Part shown: positions 22,559 to 35,882 of the stretch, one piece after another
Position numbering within the stretch: position 1 is the first letter of the stretch
Layout of the letters: each line of letters starts with the position of its first letter
Origin: Asterias rubens
Taxonomy: Eukaryota
Length of the DNA stretch: 64,000 nt
Direction of reading: 5' to 3'
Assembly (NCBI RefSeq): GCF_902459465.1
Contig: NC_047065.1
Location: forward strand, 21,142,001-21,206,000
Translations under genes and position numbers: made by a program
Notes under the pieces: generated by a model
The model's input: only the letters and a program-made list of their open reading frames with translations
Told to the model about the DNA's origin: nothing
Databases searched by the model: none

Positions 22559-23394
22559 TTTTTTGTACAATTAACGTTATTGTTCATTGCTGGTATTGGA
22601 TACAAGGAACATGACCAAGATGGTGGCAGTAAGATAATTTGGTCTAGTGACGTTCTCTAATGGAGCGATTGAGGGTGTCCTAAGTCGGGACCGGTACATG
22701 TATATCACAAGGGCCAATGTCATGGAGCTGCTTAAAAAAATTTCGGTTGAGTAGAAACTTGGGAGCAGGATACCAGTCACAAATTGTATATGTTTTATTG
22801 TTAATTGGCTGGTAACCTTATTCTGGTATGCATAGCTTTGTTGTGCTTAAGAAGCTCTCTGAAATTGGGCCCTACTGGTGGTAGACTCAAAAATTGTTAT
22901 CAATTACTCTCTTTGGATCGAGATAAGATACATTGATTCAGCATTGTTGGCTTACTTATTTTGAATTAAAATAAAGTATGACAGTATTGGCAATAGCAAA
23001 AATCCGCAACTGGCATACTCTTTGTATACACTTTTCCCTCTGTTGCTGTTTTTGTGAAAATATGCGACTAAAAAACAATGTTGATTCTAATTATTTTAAG
23101 ACATTATTAGTGACATTGGATGTACACTTGACCTCCACATCTGTAGAGACACAGGATTGCATGGAGTTGTTGTTTGTTTTATCATTTTCAATGATTGATA
23201 GTCCAGGTCTTTAGTGTGTGACACTGCAATATTGATAAACATCTTTTTGAACCAAGGTCTTAAACATCATAATCCGAATCTTACAATGAAATTACTGTGA
23301 CATTTAGAATGTCTGTGATTCAGTTCAGTAAAATGTGATCCTCTAAAAAAAAAGTTGGATGACAAAAAAACCTGTGATGGTTACTTGTAGAGGC

Positions 23395-23784
23395 TTAAAG
23401 GCAGTGGAAACTGTTGGTAATTACTCAAAATAATTATTAGCATGAAACCTCACTTGGTAAGGAGCAATGGAGAGCTGTTGATAGTATAAAATATTGTGAG
23501 AAACGGCTCCCTCTGAAGTAACGTAGTTTTTGAGAAAGAAGTAATTTAGTTTCCACAAATTTGATTTTGAGACCTCAGATTTAGAATTTGAGGTCTCGAA
23601 ATCAAGCATCTGAAAGCACACAACTTTGTGTGACTAGGGTGTTTTTTCTTTCATAGTTATCTCGCAACTTCGACGACTAGTTGAGCTGAAATTTTCACAG
23701 GTTGGTTATTTTATGCATACGCTGAGATACACCAACTGTGAAGGCTAGTCTTTGACAATTACCAATAGTGTCCAGTGTCTTTAA
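23395..23784 (+). mobile_element. MITE family A, full copy
   Basis: Same TIRs, TTAA at both ends, same central hairpin. Confidence 0.85.
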
Positions 23785-24020
23785 GTTAAATCTCTGGTGT
23801 TTCTGATTTGTAGTATGTGGATTCGAGTCCCGGTCTTGACACTTGTGTGGGACATAAAGCTACTGGTCCATAAAGCTTGTTATGTAATGCACGCACAATA
23901 ATCTGTATACACTTATCGCTGAGAGAAGAGGTCGGCCTGTTGTTCTGGCAGTGGCTGCTTGTTGCTCAGGTACCTTGTTACCCTGCTAAAAATAATCACT
24001 GCCAAAAATCTGAATAACAA
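23785..24020 (+). mobile_element. tRNA-derived SINE fragment
   Basis: B-box-like GGATTCGAGTCCC followed by GACACTTGTGT; abuts a family A MITE. Confidence 0.55.
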
Positions 24021-24779
24021 CTTGTTTTCAAAAGGAGTTACACAGGTAACAGTCAGATTTTTTTTCCAAGAATCCCTTTTTTTATTTTTTAGCAGTGTAA
24101 CACTTATAAGGTGTTACGTAAATCGATCTCATATTTCATCAACTTAAAAAAAAAAAGTCTGGAAATAAATAATGATAAGCATTTTGAGTTGCACGAAGTG
24201 CTATACAAAACTCTTATATATAAATTTTTATTATTATTACAAAAAAAAAATATCCTCCTCCCTTGAATCTTTTTTGAACTGAACATACTGTCCAAAATAA
24301 AAAGGGGAAAAGGTTCACTTTTAGAAGAACAATCAGTATACCTTTTCAATGTTAGATCAAACATTTCCTATACCTTCCCTAATATTGAATATTTCAAATT
24401 GATTTATTTCTTTTACCATTCAATCAGAGTAAGATCACGTTACCTCAATGTTTTTCCCAGCACTTTGCAAATTTAGAAGTAGAGGTTTTGTTTGTGGAGC
24501 ACTTTTAGGAGTTATGAAGTGGGCCCAATGTTTTTCCAGCACTTTTCAGAGTTAAGAAGAAGTAGGGCCTATATTTTCATAGCATTTTTTTCTAGAGCTA
24601 AAATATATGGAATCTATTCAAGAAGGAATTTCAAATGACAACTCTTAAATTTTTCTAGGTTATGTATTCTTTAGGGAGATAAAAAATATTGTAATACAAT
24701 ATTTACTTTAGAATCAGAAATAAGAATGAAAATTTTCTTTTTGCTATAAATGGATATGCTTCTTGTGTGTACTTGATTT

Positions 24780-24818
24780 GCCTCTGAAGAAGGTCCGGTT
24801 TGGATCGAAAGCTAAAGC
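24780..24818 (+). ncRNA. Penelope-type minimal hammerhead ribozyme motif (degenerate)
   Basis: CTGAAGA-A-GGTCC(GGTTT)GGATC-GAA-AGCT-A; stem I GCCT/AAGC with one mismatch. Confidence 0.5.
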
Positions 24819-25978
24819 CATCTATCCTACTCATTTTTTAAGACATATATTTCTTTATAATCTGTTTATAATCTGTTTCACTTTTTTTTAAGATGGCCTT
24901 CTTTTCAGTGTTTGTTATAGATTTGTGGCAAGGTTGACAAAATCTGTGGATGTAGATTTAAGGTGTGCACCAACAAACAGATGTATCAGTGCATGAGATG
25001 ATTTCTAAACCGACTCCGTTACTTAACCATCTATAAGGATTATATATCTAGCGTAGGCGCCAATTGCTGATGACCTCAATATTTGATCGCATAATTCCAG
25101 CTGCTCTTCAGAGATTCTTAGCTGAATTAACCGTCTTGACTTTATAGAAAGAATCTAGCCATACCACAGTAATCAATGAAAAACACAACCCAGTCCAAAT
25201 ATAAGTATCAATAAATTTGTCACAGGCGATGGCCAGTTGAACTCATGCGTGTGTTCAAATTTCCGTTGCCATACGCCTGCATTATCGCATTCACAAAGCC
25301 AATGGATATAGACCCGTTTGGAGAAATTAAGAGCCTCAAAAGCATGGAAATTTGTGAAGTGTGTCGTATATTTATCATCTATTCAGGAATCGGGAGGATG
25401 GTCGTCAAATGTTTAGTGAGCATCGGAGTAATTACTCCGGCAGGCACAGCGGATGTTTTTCCAAATTCAGCGCAATCAAAGGTTAGGGATGATTCAAGGT
25501 CTCAGCGCTCATTATTAATTCATGTAATATATTTATATGTTAAATTAATTAATACAAAATAAGAACTTGTCTCCTTCACAAATGAGGACGATTGCATAGT
25601 ATGTATTCTTTGGGCTATTTATAAATACAAGGACCATTAATAACGTCAACAATGACAGCCAAGTAAACAACTTACTTGTATTTTATGCAATTTGCCTGAA
25701 AAATAGTTTATTTAACATTTCACATTTTGTAAAGAAATAAACTAATGACAGAGAGGGGTTGGCATTATCCATCAAAATTGAGAACATCACAAAACTTGGG
25801 ACATGAAGGTATTTTTTTCAGATACTTGAGCACCTACATCTTACACAAAGTAGTTGTAAGATGTGTTTTTTTGTATCATGAAGAGTTGAATGCATGAAAG
25901 CTGAAGTTGTATCTTCTTTGAGGTAAAAGTGACCATGAATATTGCTGCTGTAAGGTCCTATCATAAATAGCTTCTATT

Positions 25979-26211
25979 CAGGGCCCAATTTCATACCGCT
26001 GCTAAGCACAAAACTTAGCATGAAATTTCTCCCTCGATAAAAACAGGAATGCCAACCATATTTCAATGTGATTTTCAGGACAAGCAAACAACAGCTGAAT
26101 ACCAGTAAGAAAGCAACATGCGACAAATGGAAACTTGGTCGGTAATCCTGTTTTTATCAATTCATGCTAAGCAAATTTGTGTGCTTAGCAGCGCTATGAA
26201 ATTAGGCCCTG
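25979..26211. mobile_element. MITE family D-related (GCTAAGCAC subfamily)
   Basis: CAG GGCCCAATTTCAT ... ATGAAATTAGGCC CTG. Confidence 0.7.
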
Positions 26212-26443
26212 GGTGCCAGCCATCTTGTTCGACTCCCATTCAAATCAATGTAACCAAAAAGAGGCTGGGAGGGCAAATTGGTCTGGAATCAGTTTTTATT
26301 GTAAAAGGAACATTGCTGTTCATTAGTAATGTTGCTAGTATAATAATAGGGCAGCCCCTTGCTGCTGCTTCTCGGGTTGTTTAGATGATGCTGCTGGTCT
26401 TTTTGGCAAACACTGCTCAGCTTCAAGATGTTGGTCACTTCGA

Positions 26444-26733
26444 GGGAAGGAAGGTACACGTTTGGTAATTACTCAAAACAAATATTAACTTAAAAAACTG
26501 ACTTGGTAACAAGCATTTGAGAGTTGTTGATAGTATAAAACATTGTGAGAAACGGCTACCTCTGAAGTAGCATAGATTTTGAGAAAGAGGTAATTTCTCA
26601 CTAAAATAATAAAAGACTTCTAGCCAGAAACCTTTTATTCCTATCTGAAAGCACACAAATTCGTCCAACAAAGGGTGTTTTTTCTTTCATCATTTTCTTG
26701 CAACTTTGACAAAAACCAAACATGTACCTTCCC
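26444..26733 (+). mobile_element. MITE family A' variant (GGAAGGTACACGTTTGG termini), internally deleted
   Basis: GGAAGGTACACGTTTGGTAATT ... CCAAACATGTACCTTCCC inverted ends and family A-like body. Confidence 0.7.
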
Positions 26734-26938
26734 ATGGCCAATTAATTATAAATAAAGCAGAATACGAGTCAACTTCTGAAATTCCCTCCACATGAACTGA
26801 ATAAATAATTGACAATATTCAAATGAATTCTTCATTACATAAACTGTAAATAACTAACCCGACAGTTTTTTTTTTCGGTGGGGTAAAATAAGGCCTGCGT
26901 TCAGTGATGATTTACGCTGAGCATTCTTTATGATTTAT

Positions 26939-27306
26939 TTAAAGGCACCCTTGACATCTTTGGTAACTGTCAGAGACTAGTCTTCTCACTTGATGTATCC
27001 CAACATAAGCATGAAATAACAAATCTGTGAAAATTTGAACTCAATTAGTCATCAAAGTTGCAGGAGAATAATGAAAGGAAAAACACCCTTGTTGCACACA
27101 AATTTGTGTGATTTCAGATGCCTAAAAAGGTTTCAGGCCTGATGGCTTTGAAAAATTACCTCTTTCTCAAAATCTACGTTACTTCAGAGGGGGCCGTTTC
27201 TCATAACGTTTTATACTATCAACATGCTCTCCATTGCTCGTTACCAAGTAACGTTTTATGCTTACAATTATTTTGAGTAACTACCAATAGTGTCCAGTGT
27301 CTTTAA
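26939..27306 (-). mobile_element. MITE family A', full copy (reverse)
   Basis: TTAA at both ends; centre AAAAGGTTTCAGGCCTGATGGCTTT. Confidence 0.8.
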
Positions 27307-28022
27307 GATGAGCAATTCCTGTAATGATTCATTTAACGCAGCAATTTCAACCCCAAAAAGTGCAGGAGTAGTCGACCAAGTCATTTGCAAGGCTTCCTCA
27401 GAGTATTTTATCTTTTCCAAGTTTTTTTTTATGGTTAGGCTGCTCAAAATATAAAAGAAAATTGCCTAATGGAACCGTCTCGATGACTAATTTACTTATA
27501 TCTTTAATGGAGCTTTGCTTTTTAAGTGGCGATTTGCATTTTCTTTCAATGATCTCCATTTGAATGTAAAGTGGTTTTGATGAGGAAACAATGCAGAAAT
27601 GACTGAACAATGAGGGACATTAAAACGGAAAAATTCAATTAAAACTGTTCTCTCTTCTTTATGTATTTTTTTATTATTTTTTTTCAGAGATGTAAAAAGA
27701 TCCCCCTATACCCCTGGGAATTTTCCTTTTCTTGTCCAATTTTGCTGAGACAAGGTGGGTAGACAGTTTACATCAGTGCATCACACATTTCTCTGTTCTG
27801 GCCATGGTACAAACAATTGACTTTTTTTCACCATAAAATATGTTTGTGTGTGTGTATCTTATCAAGTAAGAAACCAAAAGGGAAAGTGAATGGCTGCATT
27901 AAGTATGATTTTGTGGTGTGAATAAAGAAAAACAATACTAGAATGGGTTTGGAACCTGCCACCTCTGGAAGTTGTGCTGATGCTCTATTCCTACTGGTTG
28001 AGCTAAGGATTTACTTCAAAGT

Positions 28023-28214
28023 CGGGGCCTAATTCATAAAGTGTCAGCACAAAAACGTGCTAAGCAAAGAATAGTAATGCTTAGCAGGAATATAGGTTAC
28101 CAGTCAACATTACATGAAGTTTGCATTGTTGTGGCAGGTGTCCCACTCAGTTGTTGCTCTACAAGGAAACTTGGCAAGCAGTATTTTCTGCTTAACAGAT
28201 GAAATTGGACCCAG
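28023..28214. mobile_element. MITE family D-related, diverged
   Basis: GGCCTAATTCATA ... ATGAAATTGGACC CAG; body similar to 25979. Confidence 0.55.
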
Positions 28215-31200
28215 GTCTACTGCACAGTAGTTGAAGTAAGGCGAGGAGACTTTCCAACAAGTTATGAAAAGATTATGATTTCCCCCCGGAATTTCTAGTT
28301 CACATGACAAGGAACCAATTTGTTATTAATAACTACTTTTGACACTTTAATACATCATGTTGGATGAGAATTTAAAGAGTTGCCGGAGGAAATCTGTTCT
28401 CAGTTTTAACAGGCCAACTTTATTCTGGATACTGGCAAGGGAATTTTGTAGTGTATGTCACAATTGTTCTTAGTTTCTTGTTTTGAACTTTCAACCAGAG
28501 ATGTTTTATTTAGGTAAAAATAATTAAATCCTCTTGCCTGTAATTATGCCATGATTGTGACTCCACAAATGGTTTGTCTGCAAAGCACATCTTAGAATAG
28601 TTTAAAGAGAACATGACTAACCTAATTCATCCCACTGTGACCCCTTTCACATGAGAGCAATTTAGTTGCTAAATTGAAGCAGGGTTGTAGAATTTTACAA
28701 AATGTACCTTGTGTGACTAATAGACTATGAGAGACCTTAGTGGCAATTTTAGAGGATTTTACTTTTTTTTAGCAAGTGTTAATTAAAGTTATACACAAAA
28801 GTTTTGTTTTAAAACGACAAACATTCCCAGCTTGCTCTTTATTCATGTCAAGTAGGCCTGTAAAAAACATACACATGGCTGCCTGTTACACTTTGAACCT
28901 GTCATTCTACCCTTTTGTATTTGTGAACAATAATATTTCCAATATTCCCCTCCTATACTTTCTCCTACTCCACCTCAAAAATTCAATCAATAAAAAAGTG
29001 TCTTGATAAAAGCGAGTCAAGATCCAATCAAGTCAAGATCCAATCAAAGAAATATTCACAAATGTTTCTTTTGTATGAGTTCCCAAAGAGCTGTTGATCC
29101 TGTACTAGGAGTAATATTGTTACATGCTGTTCATGCAGTCTGTCAATTAGGAAGTTCACCATCAGACACTCTAGGAATTGGTTCCGTTCAATACTCTAAT
29201 AATCTCCGTACACAGAGAGTAAAATGCCTGTAAAGACAGCTTCACCTTCTTAACCATTTTTTAAAGACTTGCCCCAGAAATTATAGAAATTCCTGAGTCG
29301 GTAATTGAAAAGAAAATTTAATTCATTGTATACATTTGTCATGCAAAATTATTTTCTTTATTGTGTACAACTATTCTTAAATTAACAGCTATTGGCAAAA
29401 AGTCAAACCCTAGTCAGTACTTGTGAAAACTGTGTCATATTTAATCCACCTTTTAATAATTGACATTCTGATTTAATTGCCCTCAAATTGTCCCAGCCCA
29501 CAGAACAACTTTTCAATCACTTTCAGTTTAAAAAGTTCCGAGTCTATAGTCCAACTCTTACTAATCAATACAATTACAGTCTCAATTATTAATACAAAGA
29601 GGATATCAAAGTCCTTCCATTCTTACGACATTCACTTTGGTCATACTCTCCCGACACTCTCCCTCATTTATCGGGGTCTGCATAAAATTTTAATGCCCAT
29701 TCTCCTTCAGAGATATAAGTGAGTGCGTTTTAATCCCCCGTTTCCGTGGTTACCAAGCAAAAAGGAGTATAAGTGTGATTAGCGATTGGACGATATCTCC
29801 CCCATCTCTTGAAGGCAGTTCCAAGTCACAGAGGTATTTAATGAGGATTTCTCAAAGATAAACCATGGACATGCAAACTACGTGTTACAGGAAGGCTTTA
29901 CATCCCTTAAGGGGTGGGTTATGTTGAAAGAGGCTTACCGATCCAATTTTTATCGAAATCCGTGCTTCCAGCCCTGAAAATGGATGGAAAACTCAACAGG
30001 CGAAGAAAACCTGTGCATAGGTTTCCCCAAATGACTTGTCATAGGAGTAATTACCTCGCAAGGCTTGTATATTATTCAAATGAAGTTAAAAGGGATACAG
30101 TTGTCGTCAGGTTCACTATCATTCCAAATCTATATTGTTTTGATGTTTTAAGCTTTTTAATGTCAATGTAAAATAATCTTCTTACACACCCATGATGTAG
30201 GTTTAAGAGGGATAGGAAATGTACTACTAAGAAATCTGAAAGGGCCTTACAACAGATCATTAAAAATTAAATGTTCTCTACAGATTTTAGTTTGAAACAT
30301 TATCCCAAAAAGTTGCAATAAAATCTTGCACAAATAGTTAGTTACCTTTACTCTAATTTTTGATTTATCAAAACCATTACCATATTGATCTGTGTTGTGA
30401 CATCATATTTTGCTAAGCAATTAAGATGGACTCTTAAAACATGCTTATACCAGGAGACGGATTTTAGCAGTGTGTGAAAATCGAGCCCTCCAGGGTTCGA
30501 TTTCACAATCTACTCAAGATTCATCTGACGATGAGTTGTCAATATTTCCTTCCCACTCTGCTTCGCAATTAAGATTAATACACACCTTAAGATTAATCTT
30601 AATACTGTGTGAAATATAGACCAGTTAATTAATTCCAGTACACACATCTCAAGTTCTGATGAGTCCTTTGCCCTTTTCAATGTAAAAAAAAACCTCCCTC
30701 GAAACCCCCCACACAAAAAACCTACACATTGTGTGAGTGCACTGTTTTTACAAAACATAAAAAACATTAATTTTGATTAAAATGTGAAGATTTGGTTTTC
30801 AATTTGTAGACAACACGTTGTGAGTTTACTTACAAACAGACCAACACGTACTTAGAGGACCACTAGGGGCATGTCTACATCTTTACAAGACATGGCACGA
30901 TTACCACTGCTGGGGGCAACCGACAACCTTTTGAGCGGAGACAAAATATTACCTTACAGTATCTGTGGGCGCAAGAAAACTAAGGGGTGTGGGTAGGAAG
31001 GGGGGATGTCTTCTTCTTACCCTATGGGTTCTTTATAACCGTTGTTATAGAAGGAGGCGGTTGCACGGAAGAGACAGTTGTTCCTCCTGAGACATTCAAC
31101 ATGAACTGTAACCTCTTCAAATCCAAATGCATTGGTTTGCTTGATTCTGTTTGGTTGAGGACTGCACTGGTAAACTGATTATGCTTTACATGGGATTTGG

Positions 31201-31323
31201 TATTCAAAGCACCATAATAGTTTAGGTATTGAGTTATAGCATAATGGTGTTTGATTTTGTTACAGTGAGGTAGGATCCAAATCAATCAACGCATAAGGAT
31301 AATCATTGTCAGTATTTTTTGTT

Positions 31324-31481
31324 TTAAAGACACTGGACACTATTGGTTATTGTCAAAGACGAGTTTGATTGAGCTCAAACTTGTGAAAGTTCGAGCTCAA
31401 TCGGTCGTCGAAGTTGCGATATAATAATGAAGGAAAAAACAATTATTTTGAGTAATTACCAATAGTGTCCACTGCCTTTAA
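31324..31481 (-). mobile_element. MITE family A, short internally deleted copy
   Basis: Both TIRs and both TTAA retained, only ~150 bp long. Confidence 0.8.
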
Positions 31482-32595
31482 GTCTAAAATTATAACATAT
31501 CCTTCCAACAGCTTAATGATAGGGATATCGTTTGGTTTTTGTCAACATGATTTTTTATATGCCAAAATATTATCAAGAAAGATACAATAGTCACCTGTGA
31601 AAGTTCCAGTTGGAACTGTAACAGTATTTTCACCAAGAACAAAGAATCCATCCACCAGTGAAACGAAAAAAAAGGTACTGTTTTGATTCAGAGCGGGTAA
31701 CAACTGCATCTCTGGAAATAATAAGGGAAGCGCTCAAACAGAAACGAAAAAGTTTCGAGAATCTTTGCAGATTCAAATCATAACTTTTACTGATCAACAG
31801 GGGCACTTCAAACAAATTAATTTCCCAGGATTCTCACTACCGTTGACTTGTTCTCAAAATACCCATTGCGCAAGTGCTTACTGTTGAATGAGGTGCATGC
31901 TGGTCTAGCTAGCGATCAAACTTGATATCTAGCTAGACCAGCATGCACCGCATTCCACGCCCAATGCGCGTGTAATGAGCATTTTTGTGATAAGGTATGT
32001 TACCATCGTTATAACTAAGTGGGCTTTTTTTTTGGGGGGGGGGTGGGGGGGGGGCATCACGAAGGTATGACCCTGCCCTTTAAAACTCGAGCCTGTCAAT
32101 GCTTTTTATTGGCGCTGAATACTAGACTTACCAGGCTAGGAACCCCCCCCCCCCCCCTGACGGTTCATTACTTTATGTTTCCTTTTTAACAATTTAAATT
32201 TCAACTTGACAAAACCCCAACCTCCACAAAATTGATATTCCTTAACCTATAGCTCTGGAATAACTATATTTTTGTAGACCCATTTTGCCTTCAAAATTGT
32301 GTGTATATATTCTGTGAATAAATAAATCTTATAAGCAGTGCCCTTTTTTAAATATGTGTAATTCCCTTTTGATTGGTTAGCAGATTACAAGAGCTAATTA
32401 TATTTGTCTATGCATTTTCACCTGTAAATTACTAGTTCTGATTGGAAATAGAAAAATACACAAACAATGGCTGCTGTCAAAGAATACACAAATACAAAGC
32501 TCATTTCCTACAACTCAAATTTTCTCTAAGACTGTTTGTTATTAAAAAGTTGATTGAATTAGCGCTACCAATATACAGTCTAAATATTGGGCCAT

Positions 32596-32910
32596 TTAAA
32601 GGCACTGGACACTATTGGTTATTACTCAAAATTTTTTTTTAGCATTTTTGATAGTACAAAACATTGTGAGAAATGGCTCGCTCTGAAGTACATTTAACGT
32701 AGTTTTCGAGAAGGAAGTAATTTTTCAAAAATTTGATTAGATTCTGATTAGATTCTGTGACAAGGGTGTTTATTCTTTCATTATTATCTTGCAACTTCCA
32801 GGACCAATTGGCTCAAATTTTCACAGGTTTGTTATTTTATGCATATGTTGAGATACACCAAGTGAGAAGACTGGTCTTTGACAATTACCAATAGTGTCTA
32901 GTGTCTTTCA
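32596..32910 (+). mobile_element. MITE family A, centre deleted
   Basis: Both TIRs present; central hairpin replaced by a short GATTAGATTCT duplication. Confidence 0.8.
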
Positions 32911-33114
32911 GTCGACCAGTAGGCTCAGGACACTGTTAGGGTTGATAAGCTACATACAGAATGGAGTAGTTGCTATAGAAAACTAACAACAACAAAATTC
33001 ACCAACAAAATCCACCATGAAGGTAGTTTGCTAGAGAGCTACTTTGCATGCACATTGGTCATGGCAACAAATAGACATAGCTTATAGTACCAGTCAAACA
33101 CCCATTTTATGCCC

Positions 33115-33285
33115 CAGTAGCCGATTTCACCAAACGCTGGGATTAATCATCCTGAGTTAGGACGTGTAACTTGTCCTAACTTAGGATTAATCTTAAGGTC
33201 TGCATGCTACAGTGCAGGGCTGGGACTTGTCCTAAGTCCTAAGATTAATCCTAAGTTCGGAAGAGTTTGGTGAAATCGATGGCTG
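33115..33285. mobile_element. MITE family E variant
   Basis: CGATTTCACCAAAC ... GTTTGGTGAAATCG inverted ends; TTAGGA/TCCTAA repeats. Confidence 0.7.
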
Positions 33286-33692
33286 GTTCGGCTCCCAAGT
33301 AGAGTTCGTATTTTTGTTGGCTTCCTGCTCCCTGTGCCATGAGGGTTTCTCTTCACTATTTTGGTCCCCCCCCCCCTCTGTTAAACTGAGCTCAGTGCTC
33401 CTCGGTTATATGGGTCAATGTAGCTGGCTGCCAAAGAAGCCTTTTGATACATGCCTCTATAGCTGCTCGACAACGACAGTATAGTTGCATCCTTTGCAAT
33501 TCAGTTTCGCTGCTGCAAGCAAGGATGATTTGCCTACTGAATTGTTATTATTATATTAATTTCAAACTGTTGTTTTCTTGCTATAAAGCATGTTTTTATG
33601 AAACTGGGTGCATTTGGACTTTGCTAATGAGTGTATAACTTATAATTGCTACTAAGACAAGGTTGTTTGATTTCTGAAGATCAAGAGTAAAA

Positions 33693-33840
33693 CAAATCAA
33701 ATCAAATCAAATCAATCAACATTTATTTCCATACAAACACAATATACAAATACTAACAATAGGATTTTACAAGACTGAAAACTGTATGGAGGCATGGCCC
33801 ATTTAAGCAAATCTTGTAGGCTGGGATGCCTGCTCAAAAC
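33693..33840 (-). mobile_element. Short 3' tail remnant of a related LINE
   Basis: (CAAAT)4 plus CAATCAAC tail adjacent to a minus-strand AATAAA (33722-33727). Same layout as the tail at 3022-3056. Confidence 0.5.
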
Positions 33841-34766
33841 AAAGGAAGATAATAATAAGATGCAATTCCTCAGGATCAGTTCAAGCAGTTATTGTGTTGT
33901 AGTGGGTGTGGTGTTGGTAAAACTACCTCAGGCATAAGACCTTAAGACCTCCATAATGAGTTCAACATTTTATATAATGTGTAAAACGAGCCTGCTATCA
34001 TTTCCCCTCTTTTTAAATTTTGCAATACACTCACCCCCCCCCCCGGAACTAAAGAATTAAGAAATATCACTAGGGCAAAAACAATTGACAATTCCTATTA
34101 ATTTACGTTGTGCAAGTCATCTTGGTAAGGCGTGTAATTCAAAACTAGTCTGGCAACTTAAGTCTGGAGCATCCCCCGCCATCTGGTCTTGTATCGGATT
34201 TCCTACTTTCTTTCGGCTTCCACGAGCCGATATTAAAAATACAATAAATTAAAACTTAAGCACTAATTTGTTCCAGGGTCCACATCTGATATTTAGTTTC
34301 TTTTAAAGATTCATACTTTTTAAAAAAAGTATCGATCTTTGGATTTTCTGTGCGGAATTTTTGATTTTGTACAACTTGCGTGGAATGCTGATTTAAAGTG
34401 ACTACCAGATAAGTTAGTATCTTGCCTATTTCATCACTAATTATCAGTAAACAGAGTAATAATAATTAACAATAGTACACACATTCTGTGCTTGTCAAGT
34501 TTTGTCTGTGCTTACAGGCCAAAGTACAAATGGTCAATACAAGAAATAGATAACAATCAACCAATCTGTCTTCTCTCCCTCCCCACTTCGCAATCCAGTC
34601 TTGAAAGATAAAGTTCATAATTCTTCACACAGACAAACAAAAACACATGGATTGGTTGGCCACCAATGGGTGCTGGCCCGTTTAGTCTTAAACTCTTGGA
34701 TTTAAGTGAAAATGTCACACCTAATGACTTGAAGAAAATTTATTTGATCTTTGATAAACAAGCGAG

Positions 34767-34783
34767 AGGTCAGACCGAGGTCA
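34767..34783 (+). promoter_or_regulatory. Perfect DR5 nuclear receptor element (RARE-like)
   Basis: AGGTCA GACCG AGGTCA in non-repeat sequence. Confidence 0.35.
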
Positions 34784-35491
34784 GCGATGGAATGCATAAG
34801 GGTCCTGTTTATGATTCTCAGCAGATTCGTCATTAAAGGAATGGTGGGAGTCTGGTGTTAGCTCTTAAAAGTTAGCCAAACTATTTCTTTGAGAATGTTA
34901 ACTTTTACTGAAGTGGATGGTACAGATGGTTAAACCCAAATACAACATGTTATCTTAGTTGGTTTCTTAATTCAAATGTAGCTTTTTATTCATACCTGTT
35001 ATGCAAAGTATAGGTGCCTTCAGACACCTGTTGGGTGTTCCTAGTGTTACAATGTGCTAATAATGTTAACTTTTACTGAAGTGGATGGTAGATACGGTTA
35101 AACCCAAATAAAACATCATATCTAACTTGGTCTCATAAATCAAACATAGCTTTTAATTCATACCTGTTATGCAATGTATAAGTGCCTTCAGACACTTATT
35201 TGGTGTGACAATAGCTGATATAAAGGCATTCTACAGGCAACAAGTTCCAGGCAATCTCCAAGAAGAAAAACACATTAACATTTCAGTTTTCTTTATAAAG
35301 TTCCTGGGGATAGTGCATACAAGACAAAACTCCTTGCTCACCTGTGAAACTAGCTTGACTGATTATTTGCTATGGTAAGCAGAGCCATGTAGTTCATATA
35401 TAGAGCTGCTTAAGCACTAGCCCTTGATTCTTGTATAGGGCTACTTATAAGCACAAAAGAAGCTAAGCAAAACAAAATTATGCTTACCATA

Positions 35492-35882
35492 TTAAAGGCA
35501 GTGGACACTATTGGTAATTGTCAAAGATTAGCCTTCCCTTCACAATTGGTGTATCTCATCATATGCATAAAATAACAAACCTGTGAAAATTTGAGCTCAA
35601 TCCGTCTTTGAACTTGCGAGATAATAATGAAAGAAAAAAACACCCTTGTCACACGAAGTTGTATGCGTTTAGATGGTTGATTTCGAGACCTCAAGTTCTA
35701 AATCTGAGGTCTCGAAATCAAATTCGTGGAAAATTATTCTTTCTCGAAAACTATGGCACTTCAGAGGGAGCCGTTTCTCACAATGTTTTATACCATCAAC
35801 CTCTCCCCATTACTCGTCACCAAGAAAGGTTTTATGCAAATGATTATTTTGAGTAATTACCAATATTGTCCACTGCCTTTAA
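35492..35882 (-). mobile_element. MITE family A, full copy (reverse)
   Basis: TTAA at both ends; reverse complement of the 21113 copy. Confidence 0.85.

Noticed and set aside
25424-25439. Perfect 16-bp palindrome CGGAGTAATTACTCCG centred on TAATTA
   Set aside because: About one 16-bp palindrome is expected by chance in 64 kb, and there is no other support.
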